A stretch of DNA of 64,000 bases from an uncultured Poribacteria bacterium. GTDB lineage: Bacteria; Poribacteria; WGA-4E; WGA-3G. The notes below the pieces were generated by a model. That model worked only from the letters and a program-made list of their open reading frames with translations, was not told the origin of the DNA and did no database searches. The position numbers were made by a program, and so were the translations under genes. Shown here one piece after another: positions 1 to 9,810 of this stretch. How positions within the stretch are numbered: the stretch's first letter is position 1; the number at the start of each line of letters is the position of its first letter. Where the stretch lies: positions 96,001 to 160,000 of the forward strand of contig OX638351.1 of assembly GCA_951813565.1 (NCBI GenBank), written 5' to 3'.

Positions 1-213
1 CTCCAAGGGACCGCCGATTGATGAGCGATGATGTTCTGGAATTGATTCAGGGTCCTGTCTAAGTTGATAACAGAACTCGCGCATCTCTTCGACTTCCGTT
101 TCACTCAACACACCGGGAAACAGAAGCCATCCGCGTGTATCAAAGAGAAAACGCTGCTCCTCTGTCAGTGGGATTGGCGGTAAATTGCCAGCATTCGTTG
201 TAGGATTTGGCAT
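1..213 (-). CDS. Phytanoyl-CoA dioxygenase (PhyH) family protein, N-terminal part; runs off the window
   Basis: Manual translation MPNPTTNAGNLPPIPLTEEQRFLFDTRGWLLFPGVLSETEVEEMRE matches the typical PhyH N-terminus; GGAGA Shine-Dalgarno (SD) upstream. Confidence 0.7.
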   Translation of the reverse strand, partial: MPNPTTNAGNLPPIPLTEEQRFLFDTRGWLLFPGVLSETEVEEMREFCYQLRQDPESIPEHHRSSIGGPLE

Positions 214-378
214 AAGATTCTCCGACTATAACATTACATTTTATAAGGTGTATTTTGATTTTATTTTCTACATTGGAGGGCATCTATAATATATTCATAA
301 ATTAACGATACAACATCAATCGGCGCGTTTACAAAACGCGCCTACCGGCAGATTTCAATTTATTCCACCCCTTTTGTT

Positions 379-1539
379 TTATTGTCCGTATAACCGTTCA
401 GTTTCTTGTGATAACCAGGGCCCATAATCGCGCGGCATCTCTTTAGGCGCGCCGAGTCCATTTTCATTGCGCCATCGGAGTAAGGGATGCTCCCGATTTT
501 TCTGAGGCAGTTCCACCCGTGTTCCGTAAATAGCAGACTCAAAAACACCCATTAAAATCTCTATCACATGACGACCTTCTTCACCGCTGCATTCATGATC
601 ACGATTTTCGTTAAGTGCATTCACATATTCGTCAACGAGACAGTAATCATCAGCATTTGCACCTTTGCTATTATCAAAATGCTCAGGGAAGATAGGTGTA
701 AGTTTCTTCCATCGGTCATGTGTGCCGTCAGGTAAAAAGTGTGGCGTAGGTAACCACCACGAACCTTTCAATTCAGACCAAAGCAATCTGCCTTCACTAC
801 CATAAAGTTCTAAAACATACGCGTCGCTATCCACTTTTGGAAATCGCTGTTGAATCAGGGTTCCTGTAACATTCTGGTCGAACTGAAGCGTTGAAGTTGT
901 ATACTCACCTACGACTGTTCCCATGCCTGCTGGTGATGGAAGGACATCCTCTGGTATAAGCTCACGTCCACCTGCGGTTGCCTGTGTCACAATACTGCGG
1001 CAGTGTCCACCAAAACGGAGCATATTATTGACGACATGTGTGCCGATGTTCATCAACCCATAGCCTGCATAATACCCTTTTCCACATGCATAGATGTACC
1101 GTAGATCGCCGATTTTACCTTCATCAAGCGCTTTTGCGACTGCCTGCATCGTGGGACTGACCCGTCTTTGATGATGCACAACGACGCGAACGTTTTTCTC
1201 TTTTGCTTTTGCCATTATCGCATCGGCTTGGACTAAATCTACACAAAGCGGTTTTTCTACTTCAATGTTTACGCCATGTTCAAGCACGCGCATACAGAGC
1301 GAATAGTGCATGTTTGTTGCTGTCGGTATTGCAACAATATCAGGCGTTGTCTGCTGTATCATTTCATCTAAATCAGTGAAATGTGTTGAGACGTTTACGA
1401 TCTTGCCGAGTGCATCTAATCGCTCTTGAACAAGGTCGCAAAGTGCCACGATCTCTGTGCTCGGGTGTGCATGATACGCCTTCGCTGCAGAAGTGCCACG
1501 ACTTCGGCACCCCAATATGGCAACGCGGTAGGTTTTCAT
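379..1539 (-). CDS. Gfo/Idh/MocA family NAD(P)-dependent oxidoreductase
   Basis: MKTYRVAILGCRSRG Rossmann start, VEKP motif, GTH motif; start could be 1569. Confidence 0.85.
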   Translation of the reverse strand: MKTYRVAILGCRSRGTSAAKAYHAHPSTEIVALCDLVQERLDALGKIVNVSTHFTDLDEMIQQTTPDIVAIPTATNMHYSLCMRVLEHGVNIEVEKPLCVDLVQADAIMAKAKEKNVRVVVHHQRRVSPTMQAVAKALDEGKIGDLRYIYACGKGYYAGYGLMNIGTHVVNNMLRFGGHCRSIVTQATAGGRELIPEDVLPSPAGMGTVVGEYTTSTLQFDQNVTGTLIQQRFPKVDSDAYVLELYGSEGRLLWSELKGSWWLPTPHFLPDGTHDRWKKLTPIFPEHFDNSKGANADDYCLVDEYVNALNENRDHECSGEEGRHVIEILMGVFESAIYGTRVELPQKNREHPLLRWRNENGLGAPKEMPRDYGPWLSQETERLYGQ

Positions 1540-1629
1540 AGGTGTTTTCGCCAAATTCCGCTTGTACAACGAAATTGCCTTTCCTTAACATTCTTCGCAA
1601 ATGCTAATTTGCGAACGCTATTTTGTTTA

Positions 1630-1658
1630 ATGTTAACCTATTTCAGACACACTGTCAA
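1630..1658 (-). promoter_or_regulatory. Sigma70-type promoter for the oxidoreductase
   Basis: TTGACA-17 bp-TAACAT on the minus strand. Confidence 0.5.
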
Positions 1659-1703
1659 GTTTTTAATCTGATGATTTGATTGATATGTCTCCTTTGGCTC
1701 ATG

Positions 1704-2629
1704 TTATGATTGAGTGCGTTGGACGAGTTTTGATATAAACTCAGTAGTAATAGATTTGAGATTAATAACAAATTCACAGATAGCGATATATCCCGAAAGG
1801 AACTTTTTATGAACACCGCGAAATGGGCGGAGAAAGCTACGAACCGTTGTCCACACACCTTCAATCGTGTTGATGTGAGTTTCAAAAATACCATCCGCAT
1901 CGTCATCCCTCGCCCATTCGCCATCACCATCACACACGCTCACAGGAGAACGATCAATACCATTATAGCCTCGCCATCCATCTGTATGGACAGTAGCAAT
2001 GGGGCGCGTGAACTGATGCACGTGTGATGAGAGAGTGTAGCACTATCGGTCCGATGTGCCACACGCAATCGGACACGTTTACTTTTGCGCCCGATCGTGC
2101 CGACTATAGGGGGACGATCATTCTCATAAGTGCCATGACCTCTGCGTTTATTACCACGCCGACGCGGTGGGGCCTTTGGGTCTTTATGCGGGTCTCCTTT
2201 TTCACCAGCGTTTTGAAACATCTCATCTGTTTCTGTTTCAGTGTCCGGCAAAACTACCTCAGGTTGCATCATCTGTGCAGATGCCTGAAGCACACGCCGT
2301 ATGGAAAGCACCGCTTGACGACTGATATCGAGTTCGCGTGCCAATTGGGCGGAAGAAAAACCTTTGCAAACACCTTGCAAAAGCAGAACTACCTGTGAAG
2401 GACGATACTGTTTTTGAACAAACACTGTCCCACTATAGAGGTTATATACACCCTTACATATTGGACAGCGGTAAACCTTTAGGCAACTTGTTTTTGTTGT
2501 TCTAAAATAGCGTGCCTCCTCCACGCTCGCATCGCAATGTGGACAGTGTAAACCCTGGGGATGGAAATGGTTTAGCAACCATTCCTCCGCGCTTTCATCA
2601 TCAATTAAAGAAAGTATTGGAAAATCCAT
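1704..2629 (-). pseudogene. IS1595-family transposase, frameshifted near 2025-2035
   Basis: CPHC..CPIC Zn ribbon, HTH and ETDEMF in ORF 1940-2629; TDGWRGY and HINTIEGVW in ORF 1704-2021; the shift lies at a GA dinucleotide run. Confidence 0.8.
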
Positions 2630-2639
2630 ATACTATACT

Positions 2640-2793
2640 AACCCAAGTTGCTACCTATATCGCGAATGCTCTTGTAGGAGGGGTTTCTAACCCCGATTTA
2701 AAAAAGAAAGCATAAGAATTAGCTGGAAATCCTTGTTTTTCAGTAAAAAGCAATGTCTACAAGCTTGAAATCTTGTCCGTAGCAACTTAGGTT
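2640..2793. mobile_element. 154-bp MITE (family A) containing a GTAG-REP
   Basis: TIR AACCCAAGTTGCTAC / GTAGCAACTTAGGTT, 5-bp TSD ATACT; near-identical copy at 8729-8882. Confidence 0.9.
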
Positions 2794-2901
2794 ATACTAT
2801 AGTACAAATAAAGAAAAAAGCACTCATTCTTTACAAGAGCCTTGGACGGAACAACTCCGCCCCTTCTATTGAAATACCTATCCCTACTTGTCATACCCCG
2901 C

Positions 2902-4821
2902 TTATGGATAAAACTGATACATTGTTGTGTTTAATAGCACGTTTAGCAGACTCCATGTGCTTCCCATCAGATAATCGCCAAGTACTAACCCCAGAAAGAA
3001 CGGAACGACGCGCCGATAACTCCTTATCCCGCCATGACGTAAGATAAGCCACTTCAACGTCAATGCAATTAACAGCGGAATCCATAGATCCGACATCTCT
3101 TGGTTGCTTGCCATAACGTAGCCGAGTGGATGTAATGGTAGCCAAAAGAATTTGACCCGTAGAAAGGTCAACCCCATCATCACAGAGAATCCAATCCCAA
3201 TAAATATCACACCGATCCAGTCCGTGTCAAGCGGATAGGTTATCCAATTTGTTAATCTACTGAAGTATTGCCTTCCGTATCCGAGTGCCCACGGACCGTA
3301 ATAACCCGTGTCAGCACCGAATTTGTAATAGAGGTGAAGCTGCACCCAAAAGGCGACAAGTCCACCAAGAATAGTGGCGATGATAATCGTGTAAAGCATG
3401 CGGCGTGGGTTGAGACGTGTGACATCAGCAATTTTAAACGCTTCCAGTTGGTGTGGCATCTGTTGTGGGCGGTAGTCCCGATTGAAAAAGCAGACTGAGA
3501 GTGCAGTCAAGTTTTGTGCGCCGAGTCGGTGTGTGCCGATGATAGTATTCAAGATGTATCGGGGAGCCTGCCAATGATAGGCGTGAACAAAGATGCCGGA
3601 TTCTGCGCGGATGCGTGTTGTTACCAATGGCGTGATAAGAAATAGCACGGCGAAAGCCAAAGCGAGCCACACTGCCATGCCTGCTTTGTGAAGCAAAAAT
3701 GCGAATAGCAGAATGCCTATCACCAATCCCCACACCGCCACCCGATACGGCATCGGTTGGTCAGAAGGTAATTCAGGAGGTTCTCGCCCACGTTTTAGGG
3801 CACTTTGCAAAACTGCTTTAAAATGCCGTTTACCTGTCCACCAAAAGAAAAAACATAACCCAATAAAAGCACCGATGGTTTGTTCATTGAGATACGGAAA
3901 TCGTGGGATACTCTTCCAACCGACAGCGTCTGCTAAAGCTACTTCGTTTCGATAGAGAAAATAGAAAAAGGTGGTGGAGAACAACACGTCCAACGGCATC
4001 AGGAACATGATTCCGATGGCAAATGGATAGAAGGCAGTGATGATGGTGCCATAGAGACTTAACGGTGGCTCATGGAATCTGAAGAAACGGCGTGTCACAG
4101 GAATATGTGGAATCACAGGGTAGAGATGACTCAATCCGTTAAATAGACTGATACCCGCGGCAATTGCGAAACCTACCCACATTCGCTTATTCCGAAAGAA
4201 ACCGAATGTTGGATCGGTCATGGCAAGCGGTAGTTGGATGACTGGGAACGTCAATCGTTCACGTTGTGACCATTGATGACGCAAGATAGTGTTGAGACAC
4301 AGAAAGATAAACGCGATGACCGAAAACAGCAACAACCATGCGCCAACCACTGGCACCCAAACTCGTAGATGATGCGGCAAATATAGGCTTGAATCACCAA
4401 GATAGTAACCGCGTAATGCGTCTTTATCAGAGACGGTCAGCCAATTTGGGATATGGTGCCAGAAAAGTGTTTGCCACTCGTTTTCCTCTGTAGCAAACCA
4501 GAAACTGTGTCCAAGCACAGATAGAACAGCTTGCAAGACATCGCACCCTGCTAACGTTGTGGCGAAACTTAGCGTCACATAGAGAAATAACAGTTCCCCT
4601 TGCCCAAACGCGAAATTGGCTTTCAGTAAGCGGATGAAGCCGTTAATCAGTAGAATCGCTGTGAGAATAAAAATCACATTGGAGATCGGCACCACCCATG
4701 TCGGAAAGGTATAGCGCACCAGTTCCATCTGGATTAGAAAATAGCAGTTAATCGGGGTGGTAATAACGAAGATGAGGAAGACGCGCCAAGTTAGAAAGCG
4801 CTGTTGTGGGGGAGCCATCAA
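2902..4821 (-). CDS. Multi-TM putative peptide transporter (DUF6785 / OPT-like)
   Basis: 639 aa with many TM helices; motifs QW...ERLTFP..QLP, WLPLHPLGY, PFFLGLVLGD. Confidence 0.65.
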   Translation of the reverse strand: MMAPPQQRFLTWRVFLIFVITTPINCYFLIQMELVRYTFPTWVVPISNVIFILTAILLINGFIRLLKANFAFGQGELLFLYVTLSFATTLAGCDVLQAVLSVLGHSFWFATEENEWQTLFWHHIPNWLTVSDKDALRGYYLGDSSLYLPHHLRVWVPVVGAWLLLFSVIAFIFLCLNTILRHQWSQRERLTFPVIQLPLAMTDPTFGFFRNKRMWVGFAIAAGISLFNGLSHLYPVIPHIPVTRRFFRFHEPPLSLYGTIITAFYPFAIGIMFLMPLDVLFSTTFFYFLYRNEVALADAVGWKSIPRFPYLNEQTIGAFIGLCFFFWWTGKRHFKAVLQSALKRGREPPELPSDQPMPYRVAVWGLVIGILLFAFLLHKAGMAVWLALAFAVLFLITPLVTTRIRAESGIFVHAYHWQAPRYILNTIIGTHRLGAQNLTALSVCFFNRDYRPQQMPHQLEAFKIADVTRLNPRRMLYTIIIATILGGLVAFWVQLHLYYKFGADTGYYGPWALGYGRQYFSRLTNWITYPLDTDWIGVIFIGIGFSVMMGLTFLRVKFFWLPLHPLGYVMASNQEMSDLWIPLLIALTLKWLILRHGGIRSYRRVVPFFLGLVLGDYLMGSTWSLLNVLLNTTMYQFYP

Positions 4822-4954
4822 TTCTCGCCTCTGTCACATCTGTAAAGTATCGGTTGATTTTAGCAGATATGCAGCGTTGATTCAAGTAAATTGAGAGAAG
4901 ACCAGAGTCAGAAAACTTGCCATCTACATCATTTTAAAGTATTCTTCTGTATAT

Positions 4955-5142
4955 AACCCAAGTTGCTACCTATTTCGTAAATTCTCTTGTAGGAGGGGTT
5001 TCTAACCCCGACAAATGCCAAAAAGCGCATTTGGCGTTGATTTGGATTTATAACAAAAGACATCCAGAATCAACGAAAAACCCTTGTTTTTTTAGGAAAA
5101 CATCGTCTTTTGTTCAAAATTTTGCAAGTAGCAACTTGAGTG
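4955..5142. mobile_element. MITE family A variant with a 35-bp hairpin insert
   Basis: TIR AACCCAAGTTGCTAC / GTAGCAACTTGAGTG, 5-bp TSD TATAT; 188 bp = about 153 bp + 35-bp insert at 5009-5043. Confidence 0.85.
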
Positions 5143-5199
5143 TATATAGGAGCATGTATGAAAAGGAAGTCCTACATGAAATTTGATGAACGCACAACT

Positions 5200-5340
5200 G
5201 AAGCAGTAAAGGATCTCACTACTTGTGATGCTGAGATTATGAGTGGAACGCCTGTATTTTAAAAATGTCCGTATTCCCATAAAAAACCTCATTGACTATT
5301 TAGGGTCGGGAAAAGTCTGGATGAATTTTTGGCGAAGGTA
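5200..5340 (+). pseudogene. DUF433 antitoxin remnant
   Basis: TCDAEIMSGTPVF, then frameshifted VRIPIKNLIDYL and KSLDEFL; typical DUF433 motifs. Confidence 0.6.
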
Positions 5341-5374
5341 TTGATAAACAGTCCTGTATATGAATTCAAAAACA

Positions 5375-5403
5375 TTGACACTTAGGTCAGTCCGTTGTAT
5401 ACT
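5375..5403 (+). promoter_or_regulatory. Sigma70-type promoter
   Basis: TTGACA-17 bp-TATACT. Confidence 0.55.
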
Positions 5404-5433
5404 AAAACTTTAAATAATATGGAGGAATTGAAA

Positions 5434-5730
5434 ATGAATTTTGACTTTGATAGTATGGGGTTTCCTGCTGGCATCTTCGGACTCAGTTTTTTTGGTGTAA
5501 TGGCGTTTTGGATTTTGACAGCTATAGTGCACATTACCTTTGCGGTTGCCGTATACCGAGATGCGGATCGTTTAGGGACTCCAATTCTTGTGGGACCTGG
5601 AATATGGTTGATAGCCACACTTATTGGCGGTGTGTTTGTTGCAGCAATCTATTGGTCACTACACCACACCCGTCTAAATCCATCTATTTCTGTCACGTCT
5701 GCAGAAACAGACAAAGAGTCAATTTTGTAA
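5434..5730 (+). CDS. Small membrane protein (2 TM)
   Basis: GGAGGA SD before MNFDFDSM; two hydrophobic segments. Confidence 0.65.
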   Translation: MNFDFDSMGFPAGIFGLSFFGVMAFWILTAIVHITFAVAVYRDADRLGTPILVGPGIWLIATLIGGVFVAAIYWSLHHTRLNPSISVTSAETDKESIL

Positions 5731-5766
5731 AATTACCTATATTCTTAGAATGATTACAAGATATAT

Positions 5767-5804
5767 AAAAGAAACCCGTAACAGTAGTCTGTCACGGGTT
5801 CTTT
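5767..5804. terminator. Bidirectional intrinsic terminator
   Basis: AACCCGT-ACAG...CTGT-ACGGGTT hairpin between convergent genes. Confidence 0.55.
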
Positions 5805-5831
5805 GTTACGTTGTAATGATTGTTGAATAAT

Positions 5832-6710
5832 CTACTTCAATACCGACTTTAAATTTCCCCAGGTTGTGGTCAATTTCCGACTGGGTTCAACAGCGAGGAA
5901 TGCTGAATTCTCAGCGAGGTAATTAAGCACGTTCTCCGTGAGATTTCTGAGGTTGTCTCCTTCTTTAGACTTGTTATCAGTGTAAACCCCGTTGTGATGT
6001 CCAAGTGTAATGATCTTTCCATCTTTCACATCGTATTCAACAAAAGGGCGTTCTCCGCCTCCAGCGCCACCACCGCGTGTTTTCGTCCCAAGAATCTTAC
6101 CCGCGGGTGCTGTGGCTCCGAAGTTGTGAAAGTCTGAACTGAATCCTGCCTGCGCCATGCTTGTGAGAAAAATAGGTTCGTTGGTATCAAACCCCTTGAA
6201 AACTGGATGATTTTTGGCATCATCTGTTGGCTTAATGCCGATTTCAGGTGGGCTTTTGCCGAGAGGGGAAAGGTTGCGGGGAATACCACCTTTTTCAACG
6301 CCAAGGTCTGCTACATACCGAAGACCGAGTGCGGAGAGAAATATTCCGCCACCTGCTTCTATATAGTCAAGAATAGCCTTTTTGGTTGCGTCTGCAAGAA
6401 ACGGTTCAGGCAACTTGTTTGTTTCTGTATAGAAGAGCCAAAGCACAGCGAATTGGTCTAATTTTATTGCCGTGCCGCTACTGTTCTTAAAAGTGCCATT
6501 ATTGCCTGTCGTAAGTATTGTCGCTTGATAATTTTCGTCTGCCCATTGGTAAGCAGCTTCCTCAACTTCTCCGAGTTCGTTACTTCCTGCCAACAATCCG
6601 ACAGTTACATCCACCGAGTGTGTCGGCAAAATCACGACTACCGAAAAGAGCAGGACTATGAACAAGCAACGAAATGTTATTGAATGTGCCATTATGTCCA
6701 TCTCCTTCAT
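5832..6710 (-). CDS. Secreted protein with class I GATase-like (DUF4960-like) domain and C-terminal TTWG tail
   Basis: Signal peptide; YIEAGGGIFLS; ends AVEPSRKLTTTWGNLK. Confidence 0.6.
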   Translation of the reverse strand: MKEMDIMAHSITFRCLFIVLLFSVVVILPTHSVDVTVGLLAGSNELGEVEEAAYQWADENYQATILTTGNNGTFKNSSGTAIKLDQFAVLWLFYTETNKLPEPFLADATKKAILDYIEAGGGIFLSALGLRYVADLGVEKGGIPRNLSPLGKSPPEIGIKPTDDAKNHPVFKGFDTNEPIFLTSMAQAGFSSDFHNFGATAPAGKILGTKTRGGGAGGGERPFVEYDVKDGKIITLGHHNGVYTDNKSKEGDNLRNLTENVLNYLAENSAFLAVEPSRKLTTTWGNLKSVLK

Positions 6711-6964
6711 CTGTTTTCTCCAATGATAACATGAATAGTTGGTGTTTGTCTATGTGAATATTAAATATGCAATTTAACATTTTTTTTTGACAAAAAAAGG
6801 GATATGTGGTATTTTATTGAAATCTATCTCATAATAAAAACATGCACACATCAATTATGAGAAATTAAAAGGTGTAGAGATTTATGACCCAACTCACTCG
6901 CATGTGTGTTGATAACCAAGGATTTCTATGATCATTATTTTACAACATAGGATAGGAGAAAAAA

Positions 6965-7750
6965 ATGCGTTTAGATTTAACAAAGATGTTTCACGTCGGC
7001 ATTGCTATTTTAACAATGATCGGAGCAAGCGCGATGTTTGCCCAAGCCGATCTAAGCGATCCAACGCTCTCTGTCTACTATAGTTTTGACGGAGAGGGTG
7101 AGACTGTAAAGGACGGATCTGTTAATGGTAACGACGGCAAAATTGTCGGGAATGTCGCGCGAGAAGAAGGCGTTTTTGATGATGCTGTGGTTTTGGAAAC
7201 CAACACGTGGGTAGATATGAATGGTCCAGAATTTAAGAACGGGCCGGTTGATGGTTTTACAATTGCGGCCTGGATCAATCATACCGGTTCTAATGATCCG
7301 CAAACACTGCTTGATGCGATTGGTACAGACCACGAAAGCGGACTTTTCCACATGGAAATTCGTACCGGTGGTTTTAGATTTTTCCATCGCGATGGGACAA
7401 ATACACAAGTTTTCAATATCAATCCTGGCCCCGTTATTGAAGCGAATAAATGGGTGCATTTCGCGGGAACTTATGACAGTGAAAGCGGTGACGTGAAAAC
7501 TTATATTAATGGTGAGGAAACCCACTCAGCTACTGGTTCCGGTAAATGTTCAAACAATTGGGGTGTAACAGCGGGAATCGGTCACCATAAGAATGAACGC
7601 TGGTATAATGGTCTTCTTGATGAATATTATATATTTAACCGTGCTTTGCCAGTAGATGAAATTATGGATGTGATGAATGGTGCACTGTTGGCTGTGGAAC
7701 CGGAAGGTAAACTCGCCACGACTTGGGGCAGCATTAAATCGAATCGTTAG
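6965..7750 (+). CDS. Secreted LamG / ConA-like jellyroll protein
   Basis: Signal peptide; YYSFD, FTIAAW, WVHFAGTYD, GLLDE...FNRAL; TTWG tail. Confidence 0.85.
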   Translation: MRLDLTKMFHVGIAILTMIGASAMFAQADLSDPTLSVYYSFDGEGETVKDGSVNGNDGKIVGNVAREEGVFDDAVVLETNTWVDMNGPEFKNGPVDGFTIAAWINHTGSNDPQTLLDAIGTDHESGLFHMEIRTGGFRFFHRDGTNTQVFNINPGPVIEANKWVHFAGTYDSESGDVKTYINGEETHSATGSGKCSNNWGVTAGIGHHKNERWYNGLLDEYYIFNRALPVDEIMDVMNGALLAVEPEGKLATTWGSIKSNR

Positions 7751-7771
7751 GTATAACGACATCTTTTTTAT

Positions 7772-7807
7772 GGCTTGAATTCCGCGTTTATTGGATTCAA
7801 GCCTTTT
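7772..7807 (+). terminator. Intrinsic terminator
   Basis: GGCTTGAAT...ATTCAAGCC followed by a T tract. Confidence 0.65.
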
Positions 7808-7845
7808 CTATTTTTTATTATGTAATTTTATATAGGAGGTTAAAA

Positions 7846-8625
7846 ATGCGTTTTGATATGATAAAATCGGTTTCTATCTATTTTGCTGTTTTGGTAATAA
7901 TGGGAACTTGTGTAATCCCTTCCCAAGCAATTAATGACCCAACGTTGTCTGTTTACTATAATTTTGACAAAAAGGGTGATACCGTTGAAGATAGTTCAAT
8001 TAATGGTAACGATGGAAAGGTTGTGGGTAATGCTAAATGGGATGACGGTGTTATAGGCAATGCCATTGCGTTGGAAGCCAACGTGTGGATAGATATGAAT
8101 GGACCGGAATTTAAGAACGCCCCGGTTGATGGTATCACACTTGCGTTTTGGGTTAACCACACCGGTTCAGCTAATGATCAGTCGGTGTTCGACACAGTCG
8201 GTACTGATCATGGGAGCGGACTTTACCACGTCGAAATTGAAACTGAAGGTGTTAGATGGTTTCATCGAGATGGAACAAATACAACTGTCTTCAATATCAG
8301 GCCGGGACCTGTTCTTGAAGCAAATGAATGGGTTCATTTTGCGGGAACTTATGACAGCAATAGCGGTGATGCGAAAACTTATCTGAATGGTGAAGAAACT
8401 CACTCAGTCAAGGGTGCCGGAAAACTCTCAGACAACTGGGGTGCTAAGGCTGGAATCGGTCAACATAACAATGGACGTTGGTTCACGGGACTTCTGGATG
8501 AGTTTTATATCTTTGCTCGTGCCTTGTCGGCAGATGAAATTAAGCAGGTTATGGATGGCGAATTTCTGGCTGTTGAACCTGAAGACAAACTTACTACGAC
8601 TTGGGGAAGTATTAAATCACGTTGA
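7846..8625 (+). CDS. Secreted LamG protein, tandem paralog of 6965-7750
   Basis: Highly similar to the upstream gene; TTWG tail. Confidence 0.85.
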   Translation: MRFDMIKSVSIYFAVLVIMGTCVIPSQAINDPTLSVYYNFDKKGDTVEDSSINGNDGKVVGNAKWDDGVIGNAIALEANVWIDMNGPEFKNAPVDGITLAFWVNHTGSANDQSVFDTVGTDHGSGLYHVEIETEGVRWFHRDGTNTTVFNIRPGPVLEANEWVHFAGTYDSNSGDAKTYLNGEETHSVKGAGKLSDNWGAKAGIGQHNNGRWFTGLLDEFYIFARALSADEIKQVMDGEFLAVEPEDKLTTTWGSIKSR

Positions 8626-8650
8626 TAGGTAAAAGTAGCGGTTTTTTGTT

Positions 8651-8690
8651 GGCTTGAGTTCAGTTTCTCACTGGATTCAAGCCTTTTTTT
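8651..8690 (+). terminator. Intrinsic terminator, paralogous to 7772
   Basis: GGCTTGAGT...ATTCAAGCC followed by a T tract. Confidence 0.65.
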
Positions 8691-8728
8691 GGTTGTCGGT
8701 AATCAAACTTACAAAGCCTTCCTAAAAT

Positions 8729-8882
8729 AACCCAAGTTGCTACCTATATCGCGAATGCTCTTGTAGGAGGGGTTTCTAACCCCGATTTAGAAAAGAAAGC
8801 ATAAGAATTAGCTGGAAATCCTTGTTTTTCAGTAAAAAGCAATGTCTGCAAGCTTGAAATCTTGTCCGTAGCAACTTAGGTT
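8729..8882. mobile_element. 154-bp MITE (family A)
   Basis: Same TIRs as 2640-2793; 5-bp TSD AAAAT. Confidence 0.9.
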
Positions 8883-8901
8883 AAAATAGAGCATTAGGGC
8901 T

Positions 8902-9810
8902 TTACCAATTAGGGTCGTAGTCCCAATTCACACGCTGTATACCAAAACGTCTGCCATCAATTTCTGTTTGGTGGCAGACAAGACATCTGTGAAAATCGTT
9001 GACACCGTGCAATTCATGCGCTGTTACGATTTCCGGTGTGTTATGTTCGTGGCAAGTGATGCATGTATAACTGAGATATGGAGAATCGGCGTAGAGCGCG
9101 AGTTGGTCTGTCTTTTTCTTAACGGGATAACTGAAGCGGTTTTCTTTGTCATCAATTGTCCAAACATTACCCACTTTCTTGATAGAAACTTCTGCGGTTT
9201 GTGTTACTTTTATATCGTGCTGCGAGAACCACCAATGTATATCATCTGGAATAGTTTCGGACGCATCAAGTTCTTGTTGTAGTGTTGTTGCATCGACATG
9301 GAAAAGGAGAGGTTCAGATGTGTGGCACTTTGCACAAGGTACATCGTGGACATCGGTAAGCGGAAAGAAATCATCGTGGTCAAGTTTGGCTTGTCCATGA
9401 AACACAATGCTAATTAACAGGATCGGGGCGAGGATGAGATGACACCTAAGCAGCACCTGACGCGCCTTCCGAGCAGTAAGGCTAACAGCAATTCCTGTCC
9501 CTAAATTTGACAAGGCGAGTAAAAAGGTCAACCATGAATGCCAAGCAAGCGGTTGGAATGCAGAGTGGAACAATACTAAACACAACCCTAAAGATGCCAG
9601 CCTTTGGTGGTATTTTAGCCATACCTTTCGATTGCCCCAGCGAACCCAACGGCTGCGCAGGAGATAGAGGCTCGCAATAAGGATAGCAATAGCACCGATG
9701 ATGCTAATTGTGTGCCGCGCTTCACCAAAACTACCTGCTTGCCAGATGCAAAGAGAGGCTATTACAGCAGCACCGATAATCCCGTGCCCGATTTGGATAA
9801 AGACTTTCAT
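8902..9810 (-). CDS. Membrane-anchored triheme c-type cytochrome with a ferric-reductase-like TM domain
   Basis: About 5 TM helices with two His pairs; CAKCH, CITCH, CLVCH. Confidence 0.7.
   Translation of the reverse strand: MKVFIQIGHGIIGAAVIASLCIWQAGSFGEARHTISIIGAIAILIASLYLLRSRWVRWGNRKVWLKYHQRLASLGLCLVLFHSAFQPLAWHSWLTFLLALSNLGTGIAVSLTARKARQVLLRCHLILAPILLISIVFHGQAKLDHDDFFPLTDVHDVPCAKCHTSEPLLFHVDATTLQQELDASETIPDDIHWWFSQHDIKVTQTAEVSIKKVGNVWTIDDKENRFSYPVKKKTDQLALYADSPYLSYTCITCHEHNTPEIVTAHELHGVNDFHRCLVCHQTEIDGRRFGIQRVNWDYDPNW

Larger units (their letters stand above)
1696..2841 (-). mobile_element. IS1595-family insertion sequence interrupted by a MITE
   Basis: Imperfect 22-bp terminal inverted repeats (TIRs) GGCTCATGTTATGATTGAGTGC (1696) and GGCTCTTGTAAAGAATGAGTGC (reverse complement, ends 2841) flank the transposase; no target site duplication (TSD) seen. 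Confidence 0.8.

Noticed and set aside
5009..5043. 35-bp hairpin units as integron attC sites
   Set aside because: Too short, lack the RYYYAAC/GTTRRRY pair, do not follow gene cassettes, and no integrase is present
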